Numbered from the stretch's first letter, positions 30,775-41,301 are shown. The stretch is 64,000 nt of DNA from Candidatus Eiseniibacteriota bacterium (GCA_963707915.1 OY970178.1:2880001-2944000); one strand, 5' to 3'. Program-made: numbers and translations. Notes: generated by a model not told the origin, from the sequence alone.

Positions 30775-32337
30775 GTGATGTCTCCCCCCCGGCCGGAGTC
30801 CGTCGCCCGCCCGCCCCGCTTCCTCTCGCGGAGCGAAGGGCTTGCGCTCCTCGCGGTGCTCGCGCTCGGGCTCATCAACCTGCCGCATCCCTTCGACTGG
30901 GACCAGTCGCTGTTCACGCTGGGCGCCGAGCGCCTCGCGTCCGGAAGCGTGCTCTACCGTGACTTCTGGGACGTGAAGCAGCCGGGCATCTACTGGTTCT
31001 ACGCCGTGGCCGGGCGGCTGTTCGGCTTCGACGAACCGGGCATCCATCTCTTCGAGTTGCTGTGGATGACGGGGTTCGCCGTCACGCTGCTCGTGACCCT
31101 GCGCCGCCGCTGGGGGCGGGGGCCGGCGGCCACGCTCGCGCCGCTGTTCGTCGTCGGGGGCTACTACGCCGCCGCGGGGACCCAGCAACTCACCCAGGTC
31201 GAGGGGTTGGTGGGCTTCCCGCTCTACCTGGCGCTGTGGTTCGCCACCGACGGCCCGGACGAGAGGCCCCGCGCGGCCCGCGCCTTCCTCTCGGGCGCGT
31301 GCGGCGCGGTCGTGATGATCTTCAAGCTCGCCTTCCTGCCCCTGGTCGGCCTGTTCTGGCTGATGGCGATGCGGGACGCCGTGCGACGCGGGGGCGGGCG
31401 CCGCGCGCTCGGGAGCCTGGTGCTGCCCGTGAGCCTCGGCGTGGCGCTCCCGCTCGCCCTCGTCCTCGCGTACTTCGCCCGGCACGGACTGCTCGCGACG
31501 CTGGCGTGGACGACCTTCACCGTTCCCGCCGTCCTGCTGTCGCAGGTCCGGGGCCTCCACGCGGACCGGCTGTTCGCCGGGCTGGAGTGGTTCCTGCTGC
31601 GCTTCGCGCCCCTGCTCGGCCTGGCCACGCTCGGGGCGGGCGTGGCACGCGCGCGCCGCGACCCGCTCGGCGCGGGGCTGCTGGCCTGGTTCCTGGCCGG
31701 GCTCCTGATCGTCCTCGCGCAGCGCTGGTCGTGGTGGTCCTACCACTACCTGCTGGTCCTGCCGCCGCTGGGGGTGCTGGGCGCGGCGGGCGCGGGCGCG
31801 CTGTGGACGCGCCTGGACGCGCTCGGCGCGGGCTCGCGGCGCGCGCGCCGGTGGGCCGGCGCCGGGCTCGGCGCGCTCTTCGCCGGTCTGGTCGGCCTCG
31901 CCGCGATGAAGGCCGCGATGCTCGCGCGCCACCGGTTCGCGGTGGCGCCGGCCGACCGGGTCGCCTACATGGAGTTCGTGAACCGGTCCTACCGGGACTT
32001 CGCGCGGGACGTGGCGCGGATCGCCGGGCCCGCCGGCCGGCCGGGCCCGCTGTTCGTGCTCGACAACCCGCTGGTCTACCGGCTCGCGGGCCGCCCGGTG
32101 TCGGCCGCCGCGTTCCACGGTGAGCTCTTCGCCCCGGAGATGGGCGCGGCGGAGTGGTCGGGGCTCGCGGCGCGGCTCGAGCGCGAACCGCCCGAGTACG
32201 TCCTGGTCGAGCGGCACTACCTGCCGCTCGTGACCGGGGGAGCGCCCCGGGTGAGGCGCTTCGCCGCCTTCCTCGCCGGCGGCTACCGCGTGGCCTTCAC
32301 CTCGACCTGCGGCGCCTGGTACGAGCGCGCGCGCTGA
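30775..32337 (+). CDS. GT-C fold (ArnT/PMT-like) polytopic glycosyltransferase
   Basis: DQSLF...LYRDFWDVKQPG loop, many TM segments, WSYHY motif. Confidence 0.7.
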   Translation: MMSPPRPESVARPPRFLSRSEGLALLAVLALGLINLPHPFDWDQSLFTLGAERLASGSVLYRDFWDVKQPGIYWFYAVAGRLFGFDEPGIHLFELLWMTGFAVTLLVTLRRRWGRGPAATLAPLFVVGGYYAAAGTQQLTQVEGLVGFPLYLALWFATDGPDERPRAARAFLSGACGAVVMIFKLAFLPLVGLFWLMAMRDAVRRGGGRRALGSLVLPVSLGVALPLALVLAYFARHGLLATLAWTTFTVPAVLLSQVRGLHADRLFAGLEWFLLRFAPLLGLATLGAGVARARRDPLGAGLLAWFLAGLLIVLAQRWSWWSYHYLLVLPPLGVLGAAGAGALWTRLDALGAGSRRARRWAGAGLGALFAGLVGLAAMKAAMLARHRFAVAPADRVAYMEFVNRSYRDFARDVARIAGPAGRPGPLFVLDNPLVYRLAGRPVSAAAFHGELFAPEMGAAEWSGLAARLEREPPEYVLVERHYLPLVTGGAPRVRRFAAFLAGGYRVAFTSTCGAWYERAR

Positions 32338-32389
32338 GGCGGATGCGGGTAGACTCCGCCCGCGCCGCAGGGAACCCCGGGAGGACGAC

Positions 32390-32725
32390 GTGACCGAGAT
32401 GTTGCTCGTCTTCAGCAGCTTCGCCACCGAGGACGATGCCGTGCGCGTGGTGCGCGCACTGCTCGAGGAGCGCCTGGTCGCCTGCGCCAGCCTGTCGCCC
32501 GGCGCCCGCTCGCTCTACCGCTGGCGGGGCGAGGTGGCGGACGAGCGCGAGGTGCTGGCCCTCCTCAAGACCCGCAGGCGGGACTGGCCGGCGCTGCTCG
32601 CGCGCCTGCACGAGCTGCACCCCTACGAGGTCCCCGAGTGCGTCGCGGTGGAGGTCGCCGCGGTCGCGCCGAAGTACCTGGCGTGGCTCGAAGCGGCGCT
32701 CGCCCCGCCGGCGGAGGGCGCGTGA
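32390..32725 (+). CDS. cutA: Divalent-cation tolerance protein CutA
   Basis: LVACA, SLYRWRGEV, HPYEVPE, YLAWL. Confidence 0.93.
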   Translation: MTEMLLVFSSFATEDDAVRVVRALLEERLVACASLSPGARSLYRWRGEVADEREVLALLKTRRRDWPALLARLHELHPYEVPECVAVEVAAVAPKYLAWLEAALAPPAEGA

Positions 32726-33759
32726 GCGCCGCCCGCCTGGTGCTCGGCATCGAGACCTCGTGCGACGACACCTCGGTCGCCGTGCTGGAGGAAGGGCGCA
32801 CGCTGCGCGCGCACCTGATCGCCGCGCAGGACGTGCACCGGCTCTACGGCGGCGTGGTTCCCGAGCTGGCCTCACGCGCGCACCTCGAGTGGTTGCCGCG
32901 GCTGGTCGCGCGCTGTCTCGCGGAGGCCCGGGTGGGCGCCGGCGAGCTCACCGGCATCGCGGTCACGCGCGCGCCGGGGCTGGTCGGCTCGCTGGTGGTG
33001 GGCGTGGCCTTCGCGCGCGCCTACGGCGCGGCCCTCGGCATCCCGGTGGTGGGGGTCAACCACATCGAGGCGCACCTGCACGCCGCGACGCTGGAGCACG
33101 GCGCGAGCCCGCTGCCCGCGGTGTCCCTGGTGGTCTCGGGAGGGCACACGGAGCTGGTGGAGGTGCGGGGCTTCGGCCGCTACCGCTGGCTCGGCAGCAC
33201 GCGCGACGACGCGGCGGGCGAGGCCTACGACAAGGTGGCGAAGCTCCTCGGGCTGGGCTTCCCGGGCGGACCGGCGATCGACCGCCTGGCCGCGCGGGGC
33301 AACCGGGCGGCGTTCGCGTTCCCGCGCCCGATGCTCGACCGCGCGGACCTCGACTTCTCCTTCTCGGGCCTCAAGACCGCGGTGGCGCTCGCGGTCGGCC
33401 GGCTCGGTCCGCCGCCGCACGGCGAGACGCTCCTCGCGGACCTCGCCGCCTCGTTCCAGGCCGCGGTGGTGGACACGCTGACCGGCAAGACGCTCCGCGC
33501 GGTGGACCAGGTGGGGGCCCGTGCGCTCGGCGTGGGCGGCGGCGTGGCGGCGAACCGGGAGTTGCGCGCGCGGCTCGCCGCGGGCTGCGACGAACGGGGC
33601 ATCCCGCTGCGGCTGCCTTCGTCGCGGCTCTGCGCGGACAACGCCGCGATGATCGCGCTGGTCGGTTCCTGGATGCTGGAGCAGGGCGCCGAGCCGGACG
33701 CGGACCTCGACGTGGTGGCCTCGCTCGAGGAGTCCGGCCTGCGGATGGACGGGAGCTGA
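32722..33759 (+). CDS. tsaD: tRNA t6A threonylcarbamoyltransferase TsaD
   Basis: LGIETSCDDT, GGVVPELASRAH, NHIEAH, VSGGHT, DDAAGEAYDK, FSFSGLKT, DNAAMI. Confidence 0.96.
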   Translation: MSAARLVLGIETSCDDTSVAVLEEGRTLRAHLIAAQDVHRLYGGVVPELASRAHLEWLPRLVARCLAEARVGAGELTGIAVTRAPGLVGSLVVGVAFARAYGAALGIPVVGVNHIEAHLHAATLEHGASPLPAVSLVVSGGHTELVEVRGFGRYRWLGSTRDDAAGEAYDKVAKLLGLGFPGGPAIDRLAARGNRAAFAFPRPMLDRADLDFSFSGLKTAVALAVGRLGPPPHGETLLADLAASFQAAVVDTLTGKTLRAVDQVGARALGVGGGVAANRELRARLAAGCDERGIPLRLPSSRLCADNAAMIALVGSWMLEQGAEPDADLDVVASLEESGLRMDGS

Positions 33760-34022
33760 GCTAACCCCCTCGTGGATGGCGACCTGCCCGGCGCGGCGGG
33801 GTCCCGGCGCGCCCGCGCCAGGCCGCCGCACCCCCCACGGCGTGCCGTGGCGGGCCGTGCCCCCCTCCAAAAGGCTGCAGCCCCGTCCATCGTCAGCCGA
33901 TACTCCTGGTGGTGCCGACCGTCGTGCCGGGATGCGCCGGTGGACGACGTGGGGCCGCAGATGGGAGCGCTCTCGTGCCCGCAGGGTGCGTGGTCGTTGC
34001 AGCGGCCCGCTGGAAGCGAACC

Positions 34023-35018
34023 GTGACCAGCCCTAGCCAGGAGTTCGTCGCAGTGGCCAAACTCAGGATCCTGATCGCGGAAGACGAGCCGAACCTGCGC
34101 GAGGTCCTGCGCATGCAACTCGAGCTGGAGGAATTCGAGGTGGTGGAGGCCTGCGACGGCGAGGCGGCCCTCGAGCTGGCCCAGCAGGTGCGTCCGGACG
34201 TCATCCTGCTCGACGTGATGATGCCCCGCATGGATGGCTACGAGGCCCTGCGACGGCTGCGCGCCTCGTACGCGACCCGCTTCATCCCGATCATCATGCT
34301 CACCGCCAAGCACGTGAAGCGGGACGTGATGACCGGCTTCGAGGGCGGGGCGAACGACTACATCACCAAGCCCTACGACCGCGGCGAGCTGCTGCTGCGG
34401 ATCAAGAACCAGCTGGGCTGGAGCCGCCAGCAGCGCGAGGCCAACCCGCTCACCGGGCTGCCCGGGAACCTCTCGATCAACGGCGAGACCGAGCGGCGCC
34501 TCGCCTCCCGCGAGCCGTTCGCCCTGCTCCAGGTGGACATCGACTTCTTCAAGGCCTACAACGACCACTACGGGTACCCGCGCGGCGACGAGGCCATCCA
34601 GACCCTGTCGCGCATCCTGGTCGAGGCCGCGGGCCGCCACGGCGAAGGGACCTTCGTCGGGCACATCGGCGGCGACGACTTCGTGCTGCTCACCGCCCCC
34701 GGGCACGCGGAGGCCATCGGCCGCGAGATCATCGACGCCTTCAACCGTGCCGTCCCGTCGCTCTACGACGCCGAGGATCGCGAGCGCGGCCACGTCGAGG
34801 TCAAGAACCGCCGCGGCGAGCTCGAGGACTTCCCGCTCATGAGCGTGACCATCGCCATGGTCAGCACGGACCGGGCCCAGGTCTCGCACCTGGCGCAGCT
34901 CACCGACATCGCGCAGGAATTGAAGGCCCACGGCAAGGGCATCCCCGGCAGCGTCCTGGTCGGGGAACGCCGACATGTCGACCCCGACGCGGCCGACGTG
35001 GAACGTCACGCAGCCTAG
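34023..35018 (+). CDS. Response regulator with a GGDEF domain (start could be 34054)
   Basis: REC: AEDE, LDVMMP, LTAK, KPY; GGDEF: NPLTGLPGN, DIDFFKAYND, HIGGDDF. Confidence 0.9.
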   Translation: MTSPSQEFVAVAKLRILIAEDEPNLREVLRMQLELEEFEVVEACDGEAALELAQQVRPDVILLDVMMPRMDGYEALRRLRASYATRFIPIIMLTAKHVKRDVMTGFEGGANDYITKPYDRGELLLRIKNQLGWSRQQREANPLTGLPGNLSINGETERRLASREPFALLQVDIDFFKAYNDHYGYPRGDEAIQTLSRILVEAAGRHGEGTFVGHIGGDDFVLLTAPGHAEAIGREIIDAFNRAVPSLYDAEDRERGHVEVKNRRGELEDFPLMSVTIAMVSTDRAQVSHLAQLTDIAQELKAHGKGIPGSVLVGERRHVDPDAADVERHAA

Positions 35019-35027
35019 GACGAACGC

Positions 35028-37751
35028 ATGAGCCGCAGCAGCGCGAAGTCGGGACCGTCCCAGAGCGAACTCCACATGAAGGGGGAGCTCGACCGGACGC
35101 GGCGCGAGCTGGCCAAGCTCAAGAAGGGTGCGGTCGCGGCCGCAGCGGCCGCCGCCGAGGCCGAATCGAGGACCGGGGTCCCCGCCGCCGAGGCCGGACC
35201 CGGAGCCGCGGTCCCCGCCATCGCCGCCGCCGGCGACGGTCCGCGCGAGCCGGCGCCCGGCCCGTCCGCGGAGACCGACGCGCTGCGCCAGCAGGTGACG
35301 GAGCTCACCGCCACCCGCCAGCGCCTGAGCCGTCTCTACTTCAGCCAGATCGAGGAGAACCGGCGGCGCGGCAAGCGGCTGCACCAGATCCTCGAGAGCA
35401 TCGGGCAGATCAACTCCGAGCTGGACCTCGACACCCTGCTGCCGCGCATCGCGGAGGTCGTCAGCGCGACCCTCGGGTTCCGCATCGTCCTGATCTACAT
35501 CCTCGACCCGGAGTCCGGCCGGTTCCGGGCCAGCGCCTTCGCCGGGATCGACGACGCCGGCCGCGCGCGGCTCGAGGCCGCCGACGTCACGGTCGAGGAG
35601 TTCGGCGAGTGGCTCCGCGAGGAGTGCCGGGTCAGCCGCTCGTACTACATCAACCACCGGCACGAGCCCGGCCGGCGGCCCTCGCAGGACTACCGGCCCG
35701 GCCTCGGGCCGCGCGAGGAGTGGGAGTGGCACGACGGGGACGTGCTGCTGGTGCCGCTGCAGAACCGCAACGGGGACCTGGCGGGCTACTTCTCGGTGGA
35801 TGACCCCGTGGACCGGCTGGTGCCCTCGACCGAGACGATCGAGCTGCTGGAGATCTTCGCCGGGCACGCCGTCGTCGCGATCGAGAACGCCCGGCTCTAC
35901 CACGAGCGCGAGGTGCAGGCCTGCCGGCTCCGGGAGGCCGGGCAGCGCGCCCAGGAACTGCACTCGCTCCGGACCAACTTCGTCTCGGCCGTCTCCCACG
36001 AGCTGCGCACGCCGCTCACCGCCATCCGGGCGTACCTGGACACCATGCTCGCCGCGCCGGAGGAGGGCCTCACCCACGAGCGCCTGCGCCACTTCCTGGG
36101 CATCATGAGCGAGGAGGCGCGGCGCCTGGCGCGGCTGGTCGAGTCGGTGCTCGACATCAACCGCTTCGACACGGAGGACATGCCCTCGCAGCACGTGCCC
36201 GTGGACCTCGGGGGGGTCGTCGCGGACACGGTGCGCCAGCTCGCTCCGTCCGCCGAGGCCGGGCAGGTATCCCTCAAGCTGGTGAACGATTGCGCCGATA
36301 CTTGGGCGGAAGCCGACCTGGAACAGATGCGGCAGCTGGTGCTGCACCTGGGGAGCAACGCGGTCAAGTTCACCCCGCCGGGGGGAACCGTGACCGTGTT
36401 CCTTTCGGGTTCGGCCGAGGAGATCGCCCTGCGGGTGGAAGACACCGGCATCGGGATCCCCGAGGCGGCGCTCGGGAACGTGTTCGAGCGCTTCTACCAG
36501 GTGGATTCGTCGCTGGCCCGCCGCTTCGGCGGAGCGGGACTGGGGCTGGCGGTGTGCAAGTCCATCGTCGAGTGGCACGGGGGGCGCATCACCGCCGAGA
36601 GCGCTCCCGGCCGCGGTTCGTGTTTCACCGTGGTGTTGCCGCGGCGGAGCGGACCGCGGGTGGCGTTGCAGTCGGAGCCTTCGGCGGCATCGGGGCCGGA
36701 GAGTCTCCTGAGGCTTGCGATCGAGATGGTGGCCGAGGTCATGGATGCGCGCGTGGTCTCCCTGCTGGTCCCCGGACCGGACGGGGACTTCGGCGTGCGC
36801 GCGGCCGTCGGTCTCGACGCGCGCGTGATGCGCGAGACGCGCATCCGTTCGGGGGAGGGCGTGGTCGGCTGGGTGGTCGAGAACCGGCGCCCGCTGTGCG
36901 TCTCGAACGCCCAGGTGCCGGGCGAGGCCGCCGGCTCGGATCACGGGCACTACCAGACCCGCACGTTCCTGTCGGTGCCGGTCGAGGGGGACGAGGGCCT
37001 GCTCGGCGTGCTCAACGTGACCGATCCCCGCTCCGGGAAGCCGTTCGAAGCGGAGGAATGCGCGTTGCTGCTCCACCTGGCCGAGCGGGTGGGCGACGCG
37101 TGGGCCGCGCTGCAGCGCGCGGACGAGCGCGTCTCCGGCCTGGACGGCACCGTGCGCGCGCTGCGCCAGATGCAGAGCCAGCCGGGCCGCGACGGCTCCG
37201 AGGCCGGCGCCGGCGTGCGGCTCGCCCGCGCGCTGGCGCAGGAACTGGGCCTGGACGAGGCCGAGGTCGCGAACGTCGCCTTCGCGGCCAGCGTGCACGA
37301 CATCGGCATGACCGGCCTGCCGGGCAGCCTGCGCGAGTGCGCCGCCTCCTTCTCCTCGGACGAGCGCGTCCTGATGGAGCGGCACGTCGAGATCGGGGCG
37401 GACCTGCTGAAGCCGCTCGACGTGGTCGGCGCGGTCCGCGAGATCGTGCTCTCGCACCACGAGTGGTGGGACGGCACCGGCTATCCGTGCGGGTTGCGCG
37501 CGGACGAGATCCCCATCGGGGCCCGCATCCTGGCCGTGGTGGACGCGTGGGAGAGCATGACGGTGGGCAGGCCCCACCGGCCCGCGCGCGCGGAAGACGA
37601 CGCCCGGCTCGAGCTGGGGCGTCTCGCGGGGCGGCAGTTCGAACCCCGTGTCGTCGAGGCCTTCGAGCGCGTGCTGGACGCTTCGCGTCCGGCGTCCGCG
37701 CCCGCGGGATCGAACACGAAGGACGACGCGAACGCCATCGCAGGGAGGTGA
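35028..37751 (+). CDS. Hybrid GAF-histidine kinase-GAF-HD-GYP protein
   Basis: SHELRTPL, NAVKF, DTGIGI, GAGLGL; second GAF; HDIG, HHEWWDGTGYP, ARILAVVD. Confidence 0.88.
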   Translation: MSRSSAKSGPSQSELHMKGELDRTRRELAKLKKGAVAAAAAAAEAESRTGVPAAEAGPGAAVPAIAAAGDGPREPAPGPSAETDALRQQVTELTATRQRLSRLYFSQIEENRRRGKRLHQILESIGQINSELDLDTLLPRIAEVVSATLGFRIVLIYILDPESGRFRASAFAGIDDAGRARLEAADVTVEEFGEWLREECRVSRSYYINHRHEPGRRPSQDYRPGLGPREEWEWHDGDVLLVPLQNRNGDLAGYFSVDDPVDRLVPSTETIELLEIFAGHAVVAIENARLYHEREVQACRLREAGQRAQELHSLRTNFVSAVSHELRTPLTAIRAYLDTMLAAPEEGLTHERLRHFLGIMSEEARRLARLVESVLDINRFDTEDMPSQHVPVDLGGVVADTVRQLAPSAEAGQVSLKLVNDCADTWAEADLEQMRQLVLHLGSNAVKFTPPGGTVTVFLSGSAEEIALRVEDTGIGIPEAALGNVFERFYQVDSSLARRFGGAGLGLAVCKSIVEWHGGRITAESAPGRGSCFTVVLPRRSGPRVALQSEPSAASGPESLLRLAIEMVAEVMDARVVSLLVPGPDGDFGVRAAVGLDARVMRETRIRSGEGVVGWVVENRRPLCVSNAQVPGEAAGSDHGHYQTRTFLSVPVEGDEGLLGVLNVTDPRSGKPFEAEECALLLHLAERVGDAWAALQRADERVSGLDGTVRALRQMQSQPGRDGSEAGAGVRLARALAQELGLDEAEVANVAFAASVHDIGMTGLPGSLRECAASFSSDERVLMERHVEIGADLLKPLDVVGAVREIVLSHHEWWDGTGYPCGLRADEIPIGARILAVVDAWESMTVGRPHRPARAEDDARLELGRLAGRQFEPRVVEAFERVLDASRPASAPAGSNTKDDANAIAGR

Positions 37752-37756
37752 GTGAC

Positions 37757-38152
37757 ATGGCGAAGGGCAAGATCCTGGTCGTGGATGACGAGATCTACAT
37801 CGTGCACATCCTGGACTTCAGTCTGGGCATGGAAGGCTACGAGGTGCTGACCGCGCTGGACGGCGAACAGGCGCTGGAACGGGCGCGCGCCGAGCATCCG
37901 GACCTCATCGTGCTGGACATCATGATGCCCAAGCTGGACGGCTACGAGACCTGCAAGCTGCTCAAGGCCGATCCCGCCACGAGGGAGATCCCGGTGATCC
38001 TGCTGTCGGCCAAGGGCCGCAACGTGGATCAGAAGGTCGGCTTCGAAGTCGGGGCCAACGACTACATCACCAAGCCGTTCAGTCCGCGCAAGCTGGTCGA
38101 GCGCATCAACGCGCTGCTCGGCCAGGCCAGCCCTCACCGCATGCAGGCCTGA
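37757..38152 (+). CDS. Single-domain response regulator
   Basis: VVDDE, LDIMMP, LSAK, KPFSP; GGAGG RBS. Confidence 0.93.
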   Translation: MAKGKILVVDDEIYIVHILDFSLGMEGYEVLTALDGEQALERARAEHPDLIVLDIMMPKLDGYETCKLLKADPATREIPVILLSAKGRNVDQKVGFEVGANDYITKPFSPRKLVERINALLGQASPHRMQA

Positions 38153-38238
38153 ACCCCGGTCGGGAGTCTTCACCCCTCCTTCGACCGGGGGCAGGCCGCA
38201 GGCGTGGGCTGCCTCCCGGCGCCGCGCGCGCCGCGCGC

Positions 38239-38267
38239 TTGCCGCGCGCCCCCTGGCACGTCATGCT
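38239..38267 (+). promoter_or_regulatory. Putative priA promoter
   Basis: TTGCCG-17-CATGCT. Confidence 0.4.
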
Positions 38268-38314
38268 GACCCCGACGTCCACCAGCGCCACGCGCCCCCC
38301 ATCCCGATCCGGAC

Positions 38315-40312
38315 ATGCCCTTCGCCCACGTCGCCTTGCCGCTGCCCGTGCGGCAGACCTTTCTCTACCGCGTCCCCGACGCCCTCGTGGCGCGCGCCGT
38401 GCCCGGCGCCCAGGTCTCGGTGCCCTTCCACGGGCGCGCCCGGCGTGGCTTCGTCGTCGGCCTTTCGGCCACCTGTGACCTCGGGAAGGTGAACGAGTTG
38501 ACCGGCGTCCTGCCGGTGCCGCCGCTCTCGAGACACCAGCTCGAGCTGGCGCGCTGGATCGCGGAGTACTACCTCGCTCCGCTGGGCGAGGTGCTGGCGG
38601 CGGGCCTGCCGGGCGGGCTCGAGGGCTTCGCCCGCAGCCGCGCGCGACGCGGCGCCGAGGAGGAGCCGGTGATGACACTGCCGCTGCCGGAACGCGTGCG
38701 GCTCACCGGCGGGCAGGCCGCGGCGGTGCGCGAGGTGGTCGGCGCGGTCGCCCGGGGCGGGTTCGCGCCGCTGCTGCTGCACGGCGTCACGGCCAGCGGC
38801 AAGACCGAGGTGTACCTACGCGCCGCGCACGCCGCCCGCGAGGCCGGCGGCCAGACCTTGGTGCTGGTGCCCGAGGTGGCGCTGGGCTCGCAGGTGGTGG
38901 CGGCCTTCCGCAAGCGCTTCTCGTCGCGGATCGGGGTGCTGCACTCCTACCTCACGGTGGGGGAGCGGCGCCGCAACTGGGAGCTGGCGAGCCGCGGCGC
39001 GCTCGACGTGGTGGTGGGAGCGCGCTCGGCGGTCTTCGCGCCGCTGCCGGACCTCCGCCTGATCGTGGTGGACGAGGAACACGAGCCCGCCTACAAGCAG
39101 AGCGAGATGCTGCGCTACCACGGGCGCGACGTCGCCGTGCGGCGCGCCCAGCTGCTCGGCATCCCGGTGGTGCTGGGGTCGGCCACGCCGAGCCTGGAGT
39201 CGCTGGCCAACGCCGCGCGCGGCAAGTACCGCCTGCTGCGGCTGCCCGGGCGCGTGGACGCGCGTCCCCTGCCGGTGGTGCGCGTGGTGGACCTGAGACG
39301 CGACGGCGCGGACGGGGGGCTGCTCTCGCCCCCGCTGCGGAAGGCCATCGCCGAGCGGCTCGAGCGCCGCGAGCAGGTCGTGCTGTTCCTGAACCGCCGC
39401 GGGCACTCGCACTACACGCAGTGCCGCGCCTGCGGCTTCACGCCCGAGTGCCCGGACTGCGACATCACGCTCACGTTGCACCTCGCGCCCGACGAGTGGC
39501 GCTGCCACTACTGCGACCACCACCAGCCGGCCTCGCCGCGCTGCCCGTCCTGCCACGCCCCGATGCTGCGCTTCGCCGGCGCGGGCACCCAGCGCGCCGA
39601 GCGCGAGATCGCCGCGGCCTTCCCGGCGGCGCGCCTCCTGCGCCTCGACACCGACGTGGCGCGCGCGCAGGGCGGCACGCACCCGGTGCTGGCGGCCTTC
39701 GCGCGCGGCGCGGCCGACGTGCTGCTGGGCACCCAGATGATCGCCAAGGGGCTCGACTTCCCGCGCGTGACCCTGGTGGGCGTGCTCGACGCGGACGTGG
39801 CGCTCCACCTGCCCGACTTCCGCGCCGCCGAGCGCACCTTCCAGCTGCTGGTGCAGGTCTCGGGGCGCGCCGGCCGCGGGCCGGTCGCGGGCGAGGTGTT
39901 CGTGCAGACCTGCACGCCCGAACACCACGCGATCGCGGCGGCGGCGCTGAACGACGAGCGGCTGTTCCTCGACCGCGAGCTCGGGCAGCGCCGCGAGGCG
40001 GGCTACCCGCCGTTCCGCCGGCTCGCGACCGTCCTGTTCTCGGGAGCCGACGAGGGCCGGGTCGAGGCCGCCGCGACGCGCATCCGCGAGCGGATCGAGG
40101 CGCCGGCCGAGGCGGCGGGCGTCGAGGTGCTGGGCCCGGCGCCGCAGGCGCTGGCGCGGCTCAAGCGACGCTATCGCTGGCACCTGCTGCTCAAGGGCAC
40201 GAACGCCGCCCGCCTGCACGAGACGGTGGCGCTGGCGCTCGAGCAGGCGGACGCGGCCCGGCTTCAGGGGGTGAAGGTCATGGCGGACGTGGACCCGGTG
40301 GAGGTGCTGTGA
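38315..40312 (+). CDS. priA: Primosomal protein N' (PriA)
   Basis: GVTASGKTEVY, DEEH, SATPS, four CxxC, GTQMIAKGLDFP, GRAGR, DVDP. Confidence 0.96.
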   Translation: MPFAHVALPLPVRQTFLYRVPDALVARAVPGAQVSVPFHGRARRGFVVGLSATCDLGKVNELTGVLPVPPLSRHQLELARWIAEYYLAPLGEVLAAGLPGGLEGFARSRARRGAEEEPVMTLPLPERVRLTGGQAAAVREVVGAVARGGFAPLLLHGVTASGKTEVYLRAAHAAREAGGQTLVLVPEVALGSQVVAAFRKRFSSRIGVLHSYLTVGERRRNWELASRGALDVVVGARSAVFAPLPDLRLIVVDEEHEPAYKQSEMLRYHGRDVAVRRAQLLGIPVVLGSATPSLESLANAARGKYRLLRLPGRVDARPLPVVRVVDLRRDGADGGLLSPPLRKAIAERLERREQVVLFLNRRGHSHYTQCRACGFTPECPDCDITLTLHLAPDEWRCHYCDHHQPASPRCPSCHAPMLRFAGAGTQRAEREIAAAFPAARLLRLDTDVARAQGGTHPVLAAFARGAADVLLGTQMIAKGLDFPRVTLVGVLDADVALHLPDFRAAERTFQLLVQVSGRAGRGPVAGEVFVQTCTPEHHAIAAAALNDERLFLDRELGQRREAGYPPFRRLATVLFSGADEGRVEAAATRIRERIEAPAEAAGVEVLGPAPQALARLKRRYRWHLLLKGTNAARLHETVALALEQADAARLQGVKVMADVDPVEVL

Positions 40313-40458
40313 GCCGGACCTCCCGCCGGGTCCCGACCCCTCCGACCTGGTTCCGGAATGCAACACCCTGTGGCGCGTAGGAGACTGGAGGGCGGGAACC
40401 TCGGGGAGGGGGCTCCCCGCAGGCCGGTCGGACCGGCCCGCCCGGATGGGCTTCCGCC

Positions 40459-40488
40459 TTGACGGGGTTGCGTTTGCGCCCCTAGAGT
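40459..40488 (+). promoter_or_regulatory. Sigma70-type promoter
   Basis: TTGACG-18-TAGAGT upstream of the HD gene. Confidence 0.55.
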
Positions 40489-40539
40489 CGGTTTGCTCGT
40501 CTGTCCGTTCCAGTCCGTCAGGGCTGGCACACAACCCGC

Positions 40540-41301
40540 ATGTCAGGGTCCTTCATGAACCATCGAAACGCCAGCAGCCGGCTGGCCGCCCCGGGGGCCC
40601 GGGGCGACCAGGCCCCCACCGACGGCACGCCCGGAAGCGCCCTCGTCACCTTCGAGATGGTCCGCGACAATCCCCGGGTCAAGGCCTTCATCCGGAGCGC
40701 CGACAGCGCCCTGGAAGTGATCGGCTACACCGAGCACGGCGAGCGGCATGTCGGCCTGGTGGCGCACATCGCCTACAACACGCTCAAGCGCCTGGGGCAC
40801 CCCGAGCGGGAGGCGGAGCTGGCGGCCATCGCGGGCTACCTGCACGACATCGGCAACGCGGTGAACCGGGAGGTCCACGCCCAGACCGGGGCGGTCATGG
40901 CCATGCGCATCCTCACCGACATGGGCATGCCGGACGACGAGATCGTCAAGGTGATGGGGGCGATCGGCAACCACCACGAGACCGACGGGTCGGCCATCAG
41001 CCCGGTGGCGGCCGCGGTCATCCTGGGCGACAAGAGCGACGTGCACCGCACCCGGGTGCGCAACCCGGACATGATCAAGTTCGACGTGCACGACCGCGTG
41101 AACTACGCGGTGGAGAAGAGTTTCCTGAACGTGGACGAGTCCAGGAAGGAGATCACCCTGGAGCTCACCATCGACACCAAGATCTCGCAGGTCATGGAGT
41201 ATTTCGAGATCTTCCTGACCCGGATGCTCGCCTGCCGCAAGGCCGCCATCTTCCTGGGGATGTCCTTCGGACTGACGGTGAACGGGAATCGTCTGACGTG
41301 A
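40540..41301 (+). CDS. HD-domain phosphohydrolase
   Basis: GYTEHGERH, LHDIGN, GNHHE, DKSDVHRTRV; start uncertain. Confidence 0.85.
   Translation: MSGSFMNHRNASSRLAAPGARGDQAPTDGTPGSALVTFEMVRDNPRVKAFIRSADSALEVIGYTEHGERHVGLVAHIAYNTLKRLGHPEREAELAAIAGYLHDIGNAVNREVHAQTGAVMAMRILTDMGMPDDEIVKVMGAIGNHHETDGSAISPVAAAVILGDKSDVHRTRVRNPDMIKFDVHDRVNYAVEKSFLNVDESRKEITLELTIDTKISQVMEYFEIFLTRMLACRKAAIFLGMSFGLTVNGNRLT

Noticed and set aside
33755..33775. GAGCTAACCCC resembling the c-di-AMP riboswitch 3' motif
   Set aside because: It overlaps the tsaD stop codon and the upstream GCTGAA / GGGGA elements are absent.
33225..37577. Very long antisense or shifted ORFs (for example 1450 aa here, 1573 aa at 59274-63995, 1224 aa at 55570-59244)
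   Set aside because: Shadow ORFs expected in high-GC DNA; they overlap genes with clear motifs and have none of their own.
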